A stretch of 64,000 bases of DNA, taken from the NCBI GenBank assembly GCA_963705975.1, contig CAVPMI010000001.1:101765-165764 (forward strand), read 5' to 3'. The translations under genes and the position numbers were made by a program. The notes below the pieces were generated by a model that saw only the letters and a list, made by a program, of their open reading frames with translations, had not been told where the DNA came from and ran no database searches. The DNA comes from an uncultured Pseudomonadota bacterium (GTDB lineage Bacteria; Pseudomonadota; Gammaproteobacteria; Methylococcales; Methylomonadaceae). The stretch's first letter is position 1; every line of letters starts with the position of its first letter. This document shows, one piece after another, positions 9,614 to 19,008 of this stretch.

Positions 9614-10811
9614 TGCCGTCTTCCGAACCGTCTTGAACACTGACCGTGTCGCCTTGCGCGATCTGGTTGCCGATATTGAGCGCGACCTTTTCTCCTACAG
9701 CAACGCCTGACGCGATTTCGATGCTGTTGCCGTTGTCGCGGGCAATCGAGACATTTCTGTAATCTACCTTGCCGTTTTTGTCAATCACTGCAATTTGTGG
9801 CCCGTTGCTGCGGAAGACAAGGGCCGCAGCCGGCACTTGAAGTAGGCCGATATTGGGAATTTCGAAACTGGCATTGATATACATGCCGGACACAAGCGCA
9901 TGATCCGGATTGGAAATATCCACCTCCACGCGAAGGGTACGGGTCTGCTTATTGATTGCGCTGGCGGTGCGCGTCACCTTGCCGTCAAAGGTGCGACCAT
10001 GAACATTGCTAGCGGTTATATGCGCGACTAGGTCTGTGCTTATATCTTGGGCCGCGCTTTGCGGTACATCGACAAATACGCGCATCGGATCATCCTGCAC
10101 GATGCGATACAGCGGCGTCGTGTTCGCTGTACTGCCGGCGGTTACAAGATTACCGATATCGATATGCCGTTCGGTAATCGTGCCGTCATAGGGAGACGTA
10201 ACTTGCTTGAAAGCCGCGAAAGCCGTATAGCGGTCAACATTGGCCTTATCGAGGCCAACTTGCGCTATAGCGCGATCATAATCCGCCTTTGTGGACTCTC
10301 GTTCCTGTTGGGATACAACCCCTATAGGTGAATCTTTCCAGCGTTCATAGGTAGACTTGGTGAACTCAACCAGCGCTTGGGACGATTTGAGCTTGGCTTG
10401 TGCCGCGACAAGTTCCGCATCGAGTTCCGGTGTCTCCAGAGTCGCAAGAATCTGATCATTGGTAACGTGATCGCCGATATCCGCGTTCCATTTGCGGACA
10501 TAGCCATCCACGCGGGCATAGATGACGCTTTCATACCATGCGGCTGTCGCGCCCGGCAGCGTCAGCGAAACGGAAGCCGGAGCTTTTTGCACGGTAGCGA
10601 CTTCGACCAGAGCGGGGGTTGTTGCTGTTTCTTTGGTCAATTGAGCGACATCATTTTCATGACTTGAGCGGGCATGATGGACGAGAGCAAAGCCAACGCA
10701 GAGAATAATAGCAACCGAAAGAGCCGATGTTCCCAATTTGCGGCCGGTTGCGGCAAGAGGCTGTGCGGCTTTGGAATGCGTTTCCGATAGTGGGTTTTCA
10801 GACGGATGCAC
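9594..10811 (-). CDS. RND efflux periplasmic adaptor (membrane fusion protein)
   Basis: Lipoyl-like hairpin ARVDGYVRKWNADIGDHVTNDQILATLETPELD plus beta-barrel/MP domains. The preferred start is GTG 10811, preceded by AAGGAG at 8-nt spacing, which overlaps the pump stop codon by 14 nt. Confidence 0.85.
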   Translation of the reverse strand: MHPSENPLSETHSKAAQPLAATGRKLGTSALSVAIILCVGFALVHHARSSHENDVAQLTKETATTPALVEVATVQKAPASVSLTLPGATAAWYESVIYARVDGYVRKWNADIGDHVTNDQILATLETPELDAELVAAQAKLKSSQALVEFTKSTYERWKDSPIGVVSQQERESTKADYDRAIAQVGLDKANVDRYTAFAAFKQVTSPYDGTITERHIDIGNLVTAGSTANTTPLYRIVQDDPMRVFVDVPQSAAQDISTDLVAHITASNVHGRTFDGKVTRTASAINKQTRTLRVEVDISNPDHALVSGMYINASFEIPNIGLLQVPAAALVFRSNGPQIAVIDKNGKVDYRNVSIARDNGNSIEIASGVAVGEKVALNIGNQIAQGDTVSVQDGSEDGNAHAQK

Positions 10812-13800
10812 GATGGTCACTCCTTGTACTAGATACTGGCACACGGCGTAACAGCCGGTACATGGTTGGGACAAAAACCAGCGTGGCAAAAGTGGCGAAG
10901 AGCAAGCCGCCGATTACCGCGCGGGCCAGAGGCGCGTTCTGCTCGCCGCCTTCGCCAACGCCAAGAGCCATCGGGATCATGCCCAAAATCATCGCGCCAG
11001 CAGTCATCAAGACAGGTCGCAAACGGGTAAAGCCGGCGGCCAGGGCAGCAACAAACGGATCATCGCCTGCTTCCATGCGTTGATTGGCGAAAGTTACGAC
11101 AAGAATACTGTTAGCGGTGGTCAGGCCAATGCACATCAGCGTCCCCATCAGCGCCGGAACGCTCAGATGGGTCTGCGTCAGATAAAGCATCCACATGACG
11201 CCACCCAAGGCGAACGGCACCGCCATTAGAACGATCAGCGGGTCGATCCAGCTTTGGAAATTGATGACAAGGAACAGATAGACCAGCACCACAGCCAAGG
11301 CCATGCCGCCGAAAAGGCCGGAATAGCTTTCGCGCATGGTCGCGACCTGACCGCTTAAAGTGACAGTCATTGCGCTGGCGGCATCAGCTTTATTTTCAGC
11401 AATAACCTTATCGATATCCTTAGCTGCGGAATCAAGGTCGCGACCTTGGACATCGGCATGAACGTCAAACACCGGGCGGATGTTATATTGCGACATCACC
11501 ATCGGCACCGTGCGGCGGTCGAATTTTGCGACATTCATCAAAAGTTGGCTTTGTTGGCCGCTACCGGGGACCGCAACCGGCAGAGTTTCCAAATCTGCCA
11601 TTGTATTGATGCGGTAAGTTGGAACCTGAACGACTAGCGGATAGCTAACGCTGTTTTTAGGGTCGATCCAGAAATTCGGCATGGTTTGAGCGCTCGAATT
11701 TGTCGTGACCAGCACGTTGCTTGCAGTGTTTTGCTGATCGAGACCGAACTGAGTTGCCAGCGTCCGGTCAAGATCGACACCGAGCGCGGGAGCGTCCGGC
11801 ACCTGAAACACATGAGCGTCCACAATGCCAGGGACGGAGTGCAGGGCGTGGGCCAGTTTCGAGGCTAGTGCGTAAGTATCGCCGCTATGCGGCCCTGCAA
11901 CGCGGATATCGATTGGTGCGGGCTGGCCGAAATTCAAGACCTGATCGACAATATCGGCGGGCTGAAAGAAGAACTCTATACCGGCAAATCGCTTAGGCAG
12001 TTCGCTGCGCAGTTTGGCCGTAAGATCGGCGGTCGGTTGATGCTCTTTGGTAAGAGAAATAAGGATTTCGCCATCCATGGGACCGATGGTCGCGGAATCG
12101 CTGAGGGCGATGTTAATCCCACTGTAAGGCAGCCCGATATTATCAAGCATAGTGTCGATTTGCTGCGAACCCACAATCTGCCGGATCGCGGCTTCGATTT
12201 TGCCAAAATCTTTTTGCGTTTCCTCAAGGCGCGTTCCGGGCGCTGCGCGCACATGAAGGCGCATCTGTCCGGCATCGACTTGCGGGAAAAAATCCCGCCC
12301 CAATTGCGGAAACAGCAGTAGCGATACACTCATAAGTGCGACAAAGAACAATACCGTCAGCCTCGGTTCAGAGAGCGTCCAAAAAAGGCTATGACGATAG
12401 GTTTCGCGGAAGGACTCAAACCCATGCTCGAATTTCTCATGAATAAGGCTTAAAGGGTTGCGCTTACGCGGAGCGGGCGCAGAAGGGTGATCGGGCTTGT
12501 CGGGCGCCTCATTGATCGAACTCATCAGATATTTAAACAGAACCGGCACCAGCGTGAACGATAAGGCAAGGCTTGCGATCAGCGATATGCAAACCGACAG
12601 TGACAACGGTGAGAACAGGTATTTTGCCGTTCCTTGCAGCAGGAAAATCGGCACAAACACGATACAGATACAAAGCGTCGAGAGCATGGTTGGAACCCCA
12701 ACTTCGCCTGCGCCATTGATGATCGCCTTTTCAAGCGGTTCCTTGTCATGGAGATGACGTTCGATGTTCTCGATAACGACCGTGCCGTTATCAACCAAAA
12801 TGCCGACAGCAAGCGCAAAGCCTCCGAGCGTCATCGTGTTCAAGGTCTGGTTGCCGCAATACATAATAAGCACGGCGGTAATGATGGAAAGCGGGATGGA
12901 GGCCAGAATAATCAGGGTCAAACGCCAGTTGCCCAGGAACAGCAGGATCATGAGCGCGGTAAGGCCAGCCGCCATAGCGCCACCCATGACGACGCTATTG
13001 AGCGCAGCTTTCACAAAGAGAGATTGGTCAAAGAGGGCCTTGATTTGAACGCCGGAGGGCAGAATCTTTTTGATATTCGGCAATTCTTCGCGTACTCCGT
13101 CGATAACAGCCAAAGTTGAAACACCACCGGTTTTGCGGATGGTCATGAGTGCGCCGGGCGTTCCGTTCACGGAAACGGAATTGGTTTGCACCTGAAAACC
13201 ATCATGAACATGCGCCACATCGCGCATGAAGACCATTCTGCCATCGACATTTTTGATGGGGAAATCGTTGATAGCCTCGATCACATTGGGGCTGTTGTTC
13301 ATGCTCAGCGTGTAATCCTTGCTCCCCATTTTAACGTCGCCGGCAGGCAGGATGACGTTTTGATGCTGCAAGGAATGGCTGATATCGGATGGACTTAACC
13401 CTCGCGCTTGCAGGGCTTGCTGGTCAATATCGGCCATGATGACGCGTGGCTTTCCACCATATGGATAAGGCACTTCGGCGCCATGCACGACAGCCAGATT
13501 GGGACGGATGATGTTTTGGCCCAAGTCGTTTAGCTTCGTGTCGGGCAATGAATTGCTCGAAAGGCTCAACTGGATAATCGGGACGTCTGTTGCGCCGTAA
13601 CGAAGAACTAGTGGTGGCGTGATGCCGGGAGGCAAATATTTGAGGACGACGAGGGCGCTGCTGGCCAGCTGTGAGATAGCTCGGGTAACGTCCGCGCCTT
13701 CATGTAGATAGACTTTTTCGACGCCAACGCCGTTATAGCTTGTCGCCTCGATGCGGGAGATATCGTCCACCAGCGAAGCCATTTGGCGTTGGTGAATGGT

Positions 13801-13992
13801 CAGGATACGGTTCTGGATGTCCTTGGCGTTCATGCCATTGTAAGTCCAGACGGCACTGACAACCGGAATATCGATTTCAGGAAAAATATCGACGGGCATA
13901 CGCAAGCCGGCGCCTATACCCAAAAGACAGATCATGATAAGCGCCGCGACGACCGTATAGGGGCGTTTCAGAACATAGGAGACTATAAACAT
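10798..13992 (-). CDS. RND efflux transporter permease (AcrB/HAE1-like)
   Basis: 1064 aa with the 12-TM/two-large-loop architecture. The N-terminus MFIVSYVLKRPYTVVAALIMICLLG... is typical of AcrB-family pumps. Confidence 0.95.
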   Translation of the reverse strand: MFIVSYVLKRPYTVVAALIMICLLGIGAGLRMPVDIFPEIDIPVVSAVWTYNGMNAKDIQNRILTIHQRQMASLVDDISRIEATSYNGVGVEKVYLHEGADVTRAISQLASSALVVLKYLPPGITPPLVLRYGATDVPIIQLSLSSNSLPDTKLNDLGQNIIRPNLAVVHGAEVPYPYGGKPRVIMADIDQQALQARGLSPSDISHSLQHQNVILPAGDVKMGSKDYTLSMNNSPNVIEAINDFPIKNVDGRMVFMRDVAHVHDGFQVQTNSVSVNGTPGALMTIRKTGGVSTLAVIDGVREELPNIKKILPSGVQIKALFDQSLFVKAALNSVVMGGAMAAGLTALMILLFLGNWRLTLIILASIPLSIITAVLIMYCGNQTLNTMTLGGFALAVGILVDNGTVVIENIERHLHDKEPLEKAIINGAGEVGVPTMLSTLCICIVFVPIFLLQGTAKYLFSPLSLSVCISLIASLALSFTLVPVLFKYLMSSINEAPDKPDHPSAPAPRKRNPLSLIHEKFEHGFESFRETYRHSLFWTLSEPRLTVLFFVALMSVSLLLFPQLGRDFFPQVDAGQMRLHVRAAPGTRLEETQKDFGKIEAAIRQIVGSQQIDTMLDNIGLPYSGINIALSDSATIGPMDGEILISLTKEHQPTADLTAKLRSELPKRFAGIEFFFQPADIVDQVLNFGQPAPIDIRVAGPHSGDTYALASKLAHALHSVPGIVDAHVFQVPDAPALGVDLDRTLATQFGLDQQNTASNVLVTTNSSAQTMPNFWIDPKNSVSYPLVVQVPTYRINTMADLETLPVAVPGSGQQSQLLMNVAKFDRRTVPMVMSQYNIRPVFDVHADVQGRDLDSAAKDIDKVIAENKADAASAMTVTLSGQVATMRESYSGLFGGMALAVVLVYLFLVINFQSWIDPLIVLMAVPFALGGVMWMLYLTQTHLSVPALMGTLMCIGLTTANSILVVTFANQRMEAGDDPFVAALAAGFTRLRPVLMTAGAMILGMIPMALGVGEGGEQNAPLARAVIGGLLFATFATLVFVPTMYRLLRRVPVSSTRSDHRASV

Positions 13993-14089
13993 ACTTATTG
14001 CGTCTGGTTACTGTATTGATCGTTAGTATTGTGCTAAATTCAGCCTGATAGCAGGGAATATACAGCTTGGTAAGTCCCGTCGCATTAAC

Positions 14090-14296
14090 TTATACTTTTA
14101 ACCGCTTATCTTCGTTCTGTATAAATTCTTGCTCGGCTTCAAGCCAATCGGTAAGTTCATGGCCGGCCTCAAAACCTCTGTTTTCAGCTTTATAGTAGGC
14201 TATCTCCGCAATTCTTGCTTCATAAGCTAGACTACTTTCCTGGTTATTGGATTGATTTTTTATACTTGTTTGTTCATTTTTGACTGTTTTAGCCAT
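14090..14296 (-). CDS. DUF2934-like small protein
   Basis: 68 aa. IAEIAYYKAENRGFEAGHELTDWLEAEQEF matches my recollection of the DUF2934 signature (AYxxxExRGxxxGxxxxDWxxAE). Confidence 0.65.
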   Translation of the reverse strand: MAKTVKNEQTSIKNQSNNQESSLAYEARIAEIAYYKAENRGFEAGHELTDWLEAEQEFIQNEDKRLKV

Positions 14297-14906
14297 TTCA
14301 CACCTCGCTATTAATTAAACTGTTTTAATACCCGTTGATTTTCTTTTATATTGCAACTAATTATCAAATAAATAAATTGAACAAATAATGAAAGTTGTTA
14401 AGTATATTTTTACGCAAATTTTTGATTGCTATTTAACTTTCTCTGCTTGAAAAAAATCAAGCCATTATTAATTTAAATAATATTACATCGTCTACGATCT
14501 CTAATTTGCCTATCTATAAAGTTATTAGATTGATTCTTATTAATCCTAGCATAGAATGCTGTTCAAGAAAATCCGATAATTTACTGATCGTTTTTCTAGG
14601 CAAAATTCAAACAAACAATAAGTTGTGGGCCCATACTATTTTGAGAGGTAACTTAAATCCCGTTAATTCTTAGATAGTTATAAACCCGTCGGTGATTTTA
14701 GGTTTCAATGTCTTTTCTGGTAAAAAAATAAAAATCATCTACGACATAGTGGTCTTGTTACTTTCTGTCCAATTATTGTCATTTCCGAATTTGTTATGTA
14801 CTCTATCAGCTTAACCTTTCATTAACCTTACAGTTTTAACAGAATAGTGTAATCTAGCTAACTTCCGCCAACTGCTTGAAGAAAATCTAAAATACAAAAA
14901 CTTAGC

Positions 14907-15578
14907 ATGAGAATTTTACTCGTTGAAGATGATGCGGTTTTAGGGGATGGTCTTAATCGAACCCTTAACGATAATGGATATGATGTCACTTTGGCAGTGA
15001 CAGGGGGGTATGCGGATAGTGCTTTACGTACTCAGACCTATGATTTGGTCATTTTAGACCTTGGATTGCCTGATATCGATGGCAGGGAGGTGTTAAGACA
15101 ATTGAGAGCTCGTAAATCCACTTTGCCTGTACTTATTCTGACCGCTCTGGATAGTGTTCATGATCGGGTAGACGGATTAGAGCTTGGCGCTGATGATTAC
15201 TTGATTAAGCCGTTCGAAGTTTCAGAATTGTTAGCTCGGATACGCGCTCTACTGCGTAGAAGCCTTGGGGGCTTTAGCCATGATATTATGTTTGGACGGC
15301 TGGTGCTTGACACCCTTAATCATCAAATTAGAGTAGATGATGCGCCAATATTGATGCCGTCGCGTGAATATAGCGTTTTGGAAGCGTTGCTATTAAAGGT
15401 TGGCCGTGTGGTTAGCAAAGATAGTATTGCCCAGCGTATTGCCATACACGCTGAAGGTTTGGCGGACAATGCCATTGAAGTTTATGTTCACCGTCTACGT
15501 AAACGACTCCAGCCTTTTGGTATTGGCATCAGAACAGTGCGAGGACTTGGTTATTTGCTGGAACGAAATAAAGGGTAA
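14907..15578 (+). CDS. OmpR-family response regulator
   Basis: 223 aa. Receiver with DDxx...LVILDLGLPDIDG and a winged-helix C-terminus (...VYVHRLRKRL...RGLGYLL). Confidence 0.9.
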   Translation: MRILLVEDDAVLGDGLNRTLNDNGYDVTLAVTGGYADSALRTQTYDLVILDLGLPDIDGREVLRQLRARKSTLPVLILTALDSVHDRVDGLELGADDYLIKPFEVSELLARIRALLRRSLGGFSHDIMFGRLVLDTLNHQIRVDDAPILMPSREYSVLEALLLKVGRVVSKDSIAQRIAIHAEGLADNAIEVYVHRLRKRLQPFGIGIRTVRGLGYLLERNKG

Positions 15579-15593
15579 GCGCGGGATAAGCCT

Positions 15594-16649
15594 ATGTTTA
15601 AAAAAATAGTCCCAACGCTTCAGGCTATTTTGCGATACTTGTTGGCTGTTGCTATCTTCGCAATCGCTCTTTTTTTGCGTTTTTGGCTACTCCCCGTTGA
15701 AGCCGGTTACCCGCGCCTAACGATTTATCCTGCAACAATACTCTGCTTTTTTATTTGTGGTCTTGGACCAGGCATTCTCGTTACCTTATTAAGCGCTGTA
15801 GTGTCCTTTTACTATTTCGAGCCCCATCATTATGCATTTGAGCTTACTAGCGAAGCTGTAGTGGTTTTGCCAATCTATTTATTGTCTTCGTTAATGATTG
15901 GTTTATTAGTTAAGAAATCACAAAATGTTGCAAAAAAGCTACTGTTGACCAATGAACACTTAAATTCGTCCATGAACTCACAGCGACGGTTCATTGATAA
16001 TGCCGCGCACCAATTACGCACACCTTTGGCGGGGCTAAAAATTCAGGTAGATCGGGCGCTATGCGCCGATGATTTAGAGGTAATAAAGCCGGCTTTAGCA
16101 CATATCAGGAGATCTACGGATCGGGTAGCCCACTTAAGTACGCAATTGCTCGTTCTTGCTCGGTCAGAGTCCTATTCGCAAAGTCCAAAAGAGTTTAAGG
16201 CATTAGATTTAGTCAAACTTGTCCGGGATTTCTGTGTTGATTGGGCGCCAAATGCCCTAGAAAGAGATATGGAACTGAGTTTTGAAGCACCCGTTGATTT
16301 CCCATGGGTTATCGGAGATGAAACCCTAATCTGGGAATTACTGAGTAATCTGCTGGATAACGCAGTGTGTTATGGTAAGCCATGTGGAAAAATCAATGTC
16401 AAAATAGAGACTAATTCACAAGTATTATTGACCATTGAAGACGATGGCCCCGGCATTCATTTTAACGAGGCCGACAAGGTTTTCGAACGATTTTATCGGA
16501 TTCCAGGCAGTCCAGGCGAAGGCTGCGGATTGGGTTTGGCCATTGTCAAGGAAATTGCCGACTTACATGCCGCGGCAGTTAAGGTTGGCGCGGGTTCCTT
16601 TGGTAAAGGAACCCGGATTGAGGTTGCATTCAACAAGATCAAAATCTGA
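15594..16649 (+). CDS. Sensor histidine kinase with DUF4118-like membrane domain
   Basis: 351 aa. KdpD-type 3-4 TM N-terminus, H-box NAAHQLRTPLAGL, and ATPase boxes DDGPGI and GCGLGLAIV. Confidence 0.85.
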   Translation: MFKKIVPTLQAILRYLLAVAIFAIALFLRFWLLPVEAGYPRLTIYPATILCFFICGLGPGILVTLLSAVVSFYYFEPHHYAFELTSEAVVVLPIYLLSSLMIGLLVKKSQNVAKKLLLTNEHLNSSMNSQRRFIDNAAHQLRTPLAGLKIQVDRALCADDLEVIKPALAHIRRSTDRVAHLSTQLLVLARSESYSQSPKEFKALDLVKLVRDFCVDWAPNALERDMELSFEAPVDFPWVIGDETLIWELLSNLLDNAVCYGKPCGKINVKIETNSQVLLTIEDDGPGIHFNEADKVFERFYRIPGSPGEGCGLGLAIVKEIADLHAAAVKVGAGSFGKGTRIEVAFNKIKI

Positions 16650-18426
16650 ACTGGCTTTGTACATAGACATAATCTGTATCAGCACCGGGTGTTTTGCTGC
16701 AGGCGCCGCCAGCCGCAGTTACACCTGAATTAGCAGCAGTACAAGCAGATGTCGTTGAAGCGACCCCAGCGGTTCTGGCAAATTCACCTTTAAATAGGTG
16801 ATAATAACCTGCTTCAAAATTCCAACTTCTGTTGTAATCATAGCGCCCGACAAACCCTAACAGATCACCCACATAACTATCACCTGAGGGCGCGGCCTTA
16901 TTCGTTCCCGCATAAGCTAATCCCGGTGTAGTACCGGAAGTACAAGAGGTTCCACCCCAGCAATCACCAGCCGACGCCAACCAGACTGTACGGTTTCTTA
17001 TGCGAAAAAAGAGATCGTCCTTGGGAGTAATATTAAACTCCATGCCAGGTGAATTGATGTTGCTCCTTTGAAATGCGGACCAGATACCCGTTGGACCAAA
17101 ATCCATATCGGTCGCGGCATAGAGAGGATCGAATCGGCTATCGGTTCCTTGCGGATTTAAATAATTCTTGTTACCTGACGCATAGTCGTATTCAACAAAC
17201 AACCTGGGTTGCCACGGCATATCAAAAGTATAACCTGCTTCCACATGCGAGGTATAGGCTTCGTGAGTTTGCTGAATATTCGCTTGCGCTGCTTGTAAGC
17301 TGCCTCCAACCGCAGCATAGGTTTTTGTGCCATACTGACCCATGCCCTCGGCCTGGAAATCAAATTCTCCTTTTCGAGGTTTGCTGTAAAATCTTAAACC
17401 AGGCGTAAAATACCGTCTATTATTCGTGTTATTCGCCCAAGAGTTTGATTCCTCAAGATTGTATAAATACAGCTCGGCATTTACACTTTTAACCAGATTA
17501 TACCCCTCCACAATACCGCCCGAGAAATAGGTGCCAATGGCTTCCTGATCGAATACTGTTTGATCCGCGATAAGTTGATTATTGGTGCTGGCATTGGTAT
17601 TTCCCGGCAAACGTAACACTGGCATAGTCACAAAGGTATTGACTTGCCATTTTCCATTATCAAGTACGCGGGTTCTAAGGCCTGTAAAGCTATTCACGGT
17701 ATTTCTGAAAATCGGTCTTGCCACCAGTCGGCGACTACCTAAGTCCATGGTCTGTCGACCCACTTTTACCTCAACGCCTAAATTACTGTTCCAGGCGTTT
17801 TTATCGGCCCAGTCCACATAAACCTGAGTAAAGTCAATCGTATCTACAATGTTATTGGTAACCAGAGTTGTTTGATCCCCGCCTACGTCGCGGGCATCCA
17901 TGATTTCCGTTGCAAACCGGAATTTACCAAATTGGGCCTGCAACCATAAATCCGTTTGCAATTCGATACCTTGGTCGCCTCCGATGCCAGGCCCCCCAAC
18001 TATTGGCGCAGATGGCGCAGGATTATAATTCACAGGATTGGTGTTGATCTTCTGACCCGAGAAGGCAGGCGCAGTTTTTAATCCAATTTGTCCTGCTTTT
18101 ATGCCGGTATTTTGATTAGGTTTGAAAGTATTTGATACGTTCTCATAGCGGGTGCGTTGCTCGACACCTATACTCAGCCAATCCGGCAAATCCAGCGAAT
18201 CATGCAGATTCCAGGTCGGTTTTTCATAGCTATTACCCAACAAAGGGTCGTCCATAATGGCATTGGACGCATTCATGGGTGCTCTGGTGTATTTTTTGGG
18301 TGTTGGAGATGAATCGGTCGCGTCATTCGCTTTAACCGACCCGGAACCAACGATTAATAAGCTGGCGATAAAAGCCAGGCCAAAAACTTCCGCTCTTTTG
18401 TGTTTAATGAATCTTGTGTTTTGCAT
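16639..18426 (-). CDS. Outer-membrane beta-barrel protein (alginate-export/AlgE-like family candidate)
   Basis: ORF 16639..18462. The preferred start is MQNTRFIKHK at 18426 (AAAGG upstream). It has a signal peptide, the motif WLSIGVEQRTRYEN and a terminal ...YVQSQFRF. The family name is recollection only. Confidence 0.55.
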   Translation of the reverse strand: MQNTRFIKHKRAEVFGLAFIASLLIVGSGSVKANDATDSSPTPKKYTRAPMNASNAIMDDPLLGNSYEKPTWNLHDSLDLPDWLSIGVEQRTRYENVSNTFKPNQNTGIKAGQIGLKTAPAFSGQKINTNPVNYNPAPSAPIVGGPGIGGDQGIELQTDLWLQAQFGKFRFATEIMDARDVGGDQTTLVTNNIVDTIDFTQVYVDWADKNAWNSNLGVEVKVGRQTMDLGSRRLVARPIFRNTVNSFTGLRTRVLDNGKWQVNTFVTMPVLRLPGNTNASTNNQLIADQTVFDQEAIGTYFSGGIVEGYNLVKSVNAELYLYNLEESNSWANNTNNRRYFTPGLRFYSKPRKGEFDFQAEGMGQYGTKTYAAVGGSLQAAQANIQQTHEAYTSHVEAGYTFDMPWQPRLFVEYDYASGNKNYLNPQGTDSRFDPLYAATDMDFGPTGIWSAFQRSNINSPGMEFNITPKDDLFFRIRNRTVWLASAGDCWGGTSCTSGTTPGLAYAGTNKAAPSGDSYVGDLLGFVGRYDYNRSWNFEAGYYHLFKGEFARTAGVASTTSACTAANSGVTAAGGACSKTPGADTDYVYVQSQFRF

Positions 18427-19008
18427 TAAGTTAACCTTTCGTCTATGATCGTAGCTGCTCATGACACGACCGTTTAAAACATAATTGCTTAAAACAGTAG
18501 CGTAAAAGCAACAGACTGGTATCAGTTTAATAAAATTAGCCGAAAGATTAAAATGATTAATATGGATTAGACTATCTAAATATTAGATAATTATGTATTT
18601 TTTCAATTTCCAACCCACTGTTCACCAACTCCATATTTAGGCTGGAAACACCGTTTTTGCTGATGCGCAAACAGGCTTATCCGGCCTACTAAGTATTGAT
18701 CTACATTCGCTGAATAGTTACCAATGATCATGAAATACCAGCAAAACTTATGCTGCCATTTTGACCTGGGGCAACACATGCCGGTGGTGTTGCTAAACAA
18801 GCTGGTCTGCAAGTGGCGGAAATTACAAAATTTAACATTGCATCTATACTATATCTATAGCTAGTGTAGACTTGTGATAATGGCGAGCTTTAGCTGGAAC
18901 GAACTTGGGCTAAGTATATGTTCTTCTTAGTTGGGCTTCTCGCGGTTAAGGCGGTTGTTAACATTTAATGCTTTTGGGCTCTACACACTGAACATACCTG
19001 GATGGTAT

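Noticed and set aside
10006-13398. Many 60-160-aa ORFs on the + strand within the RND pump and adaptor genes (e.g. 12634..13119, 11887..12321)
   Set aside because: They lie antisense to long, well-supported genes in GC-rich DNA, where spurious open frames are expected. No motifs or RBS are present.
14486-14744. Two ATC(G/A)TCTACGA motifs (14486 and 14735) as response-regulator binding sites upstream of the two-component operon
   Set aside because: There are only two copies, 250 bp apart, in a 600-bp AT-rich region. That is too weak to distinguish from chance.
18603-18812. 69-aa minus-strand ORF in the porin / GGDEF-EAL intergenic region
   Set aside because: No RBS, odd composition (Cys/Trp-rich) and no recognisable motif. 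It is probably non-coding promoter DNA.
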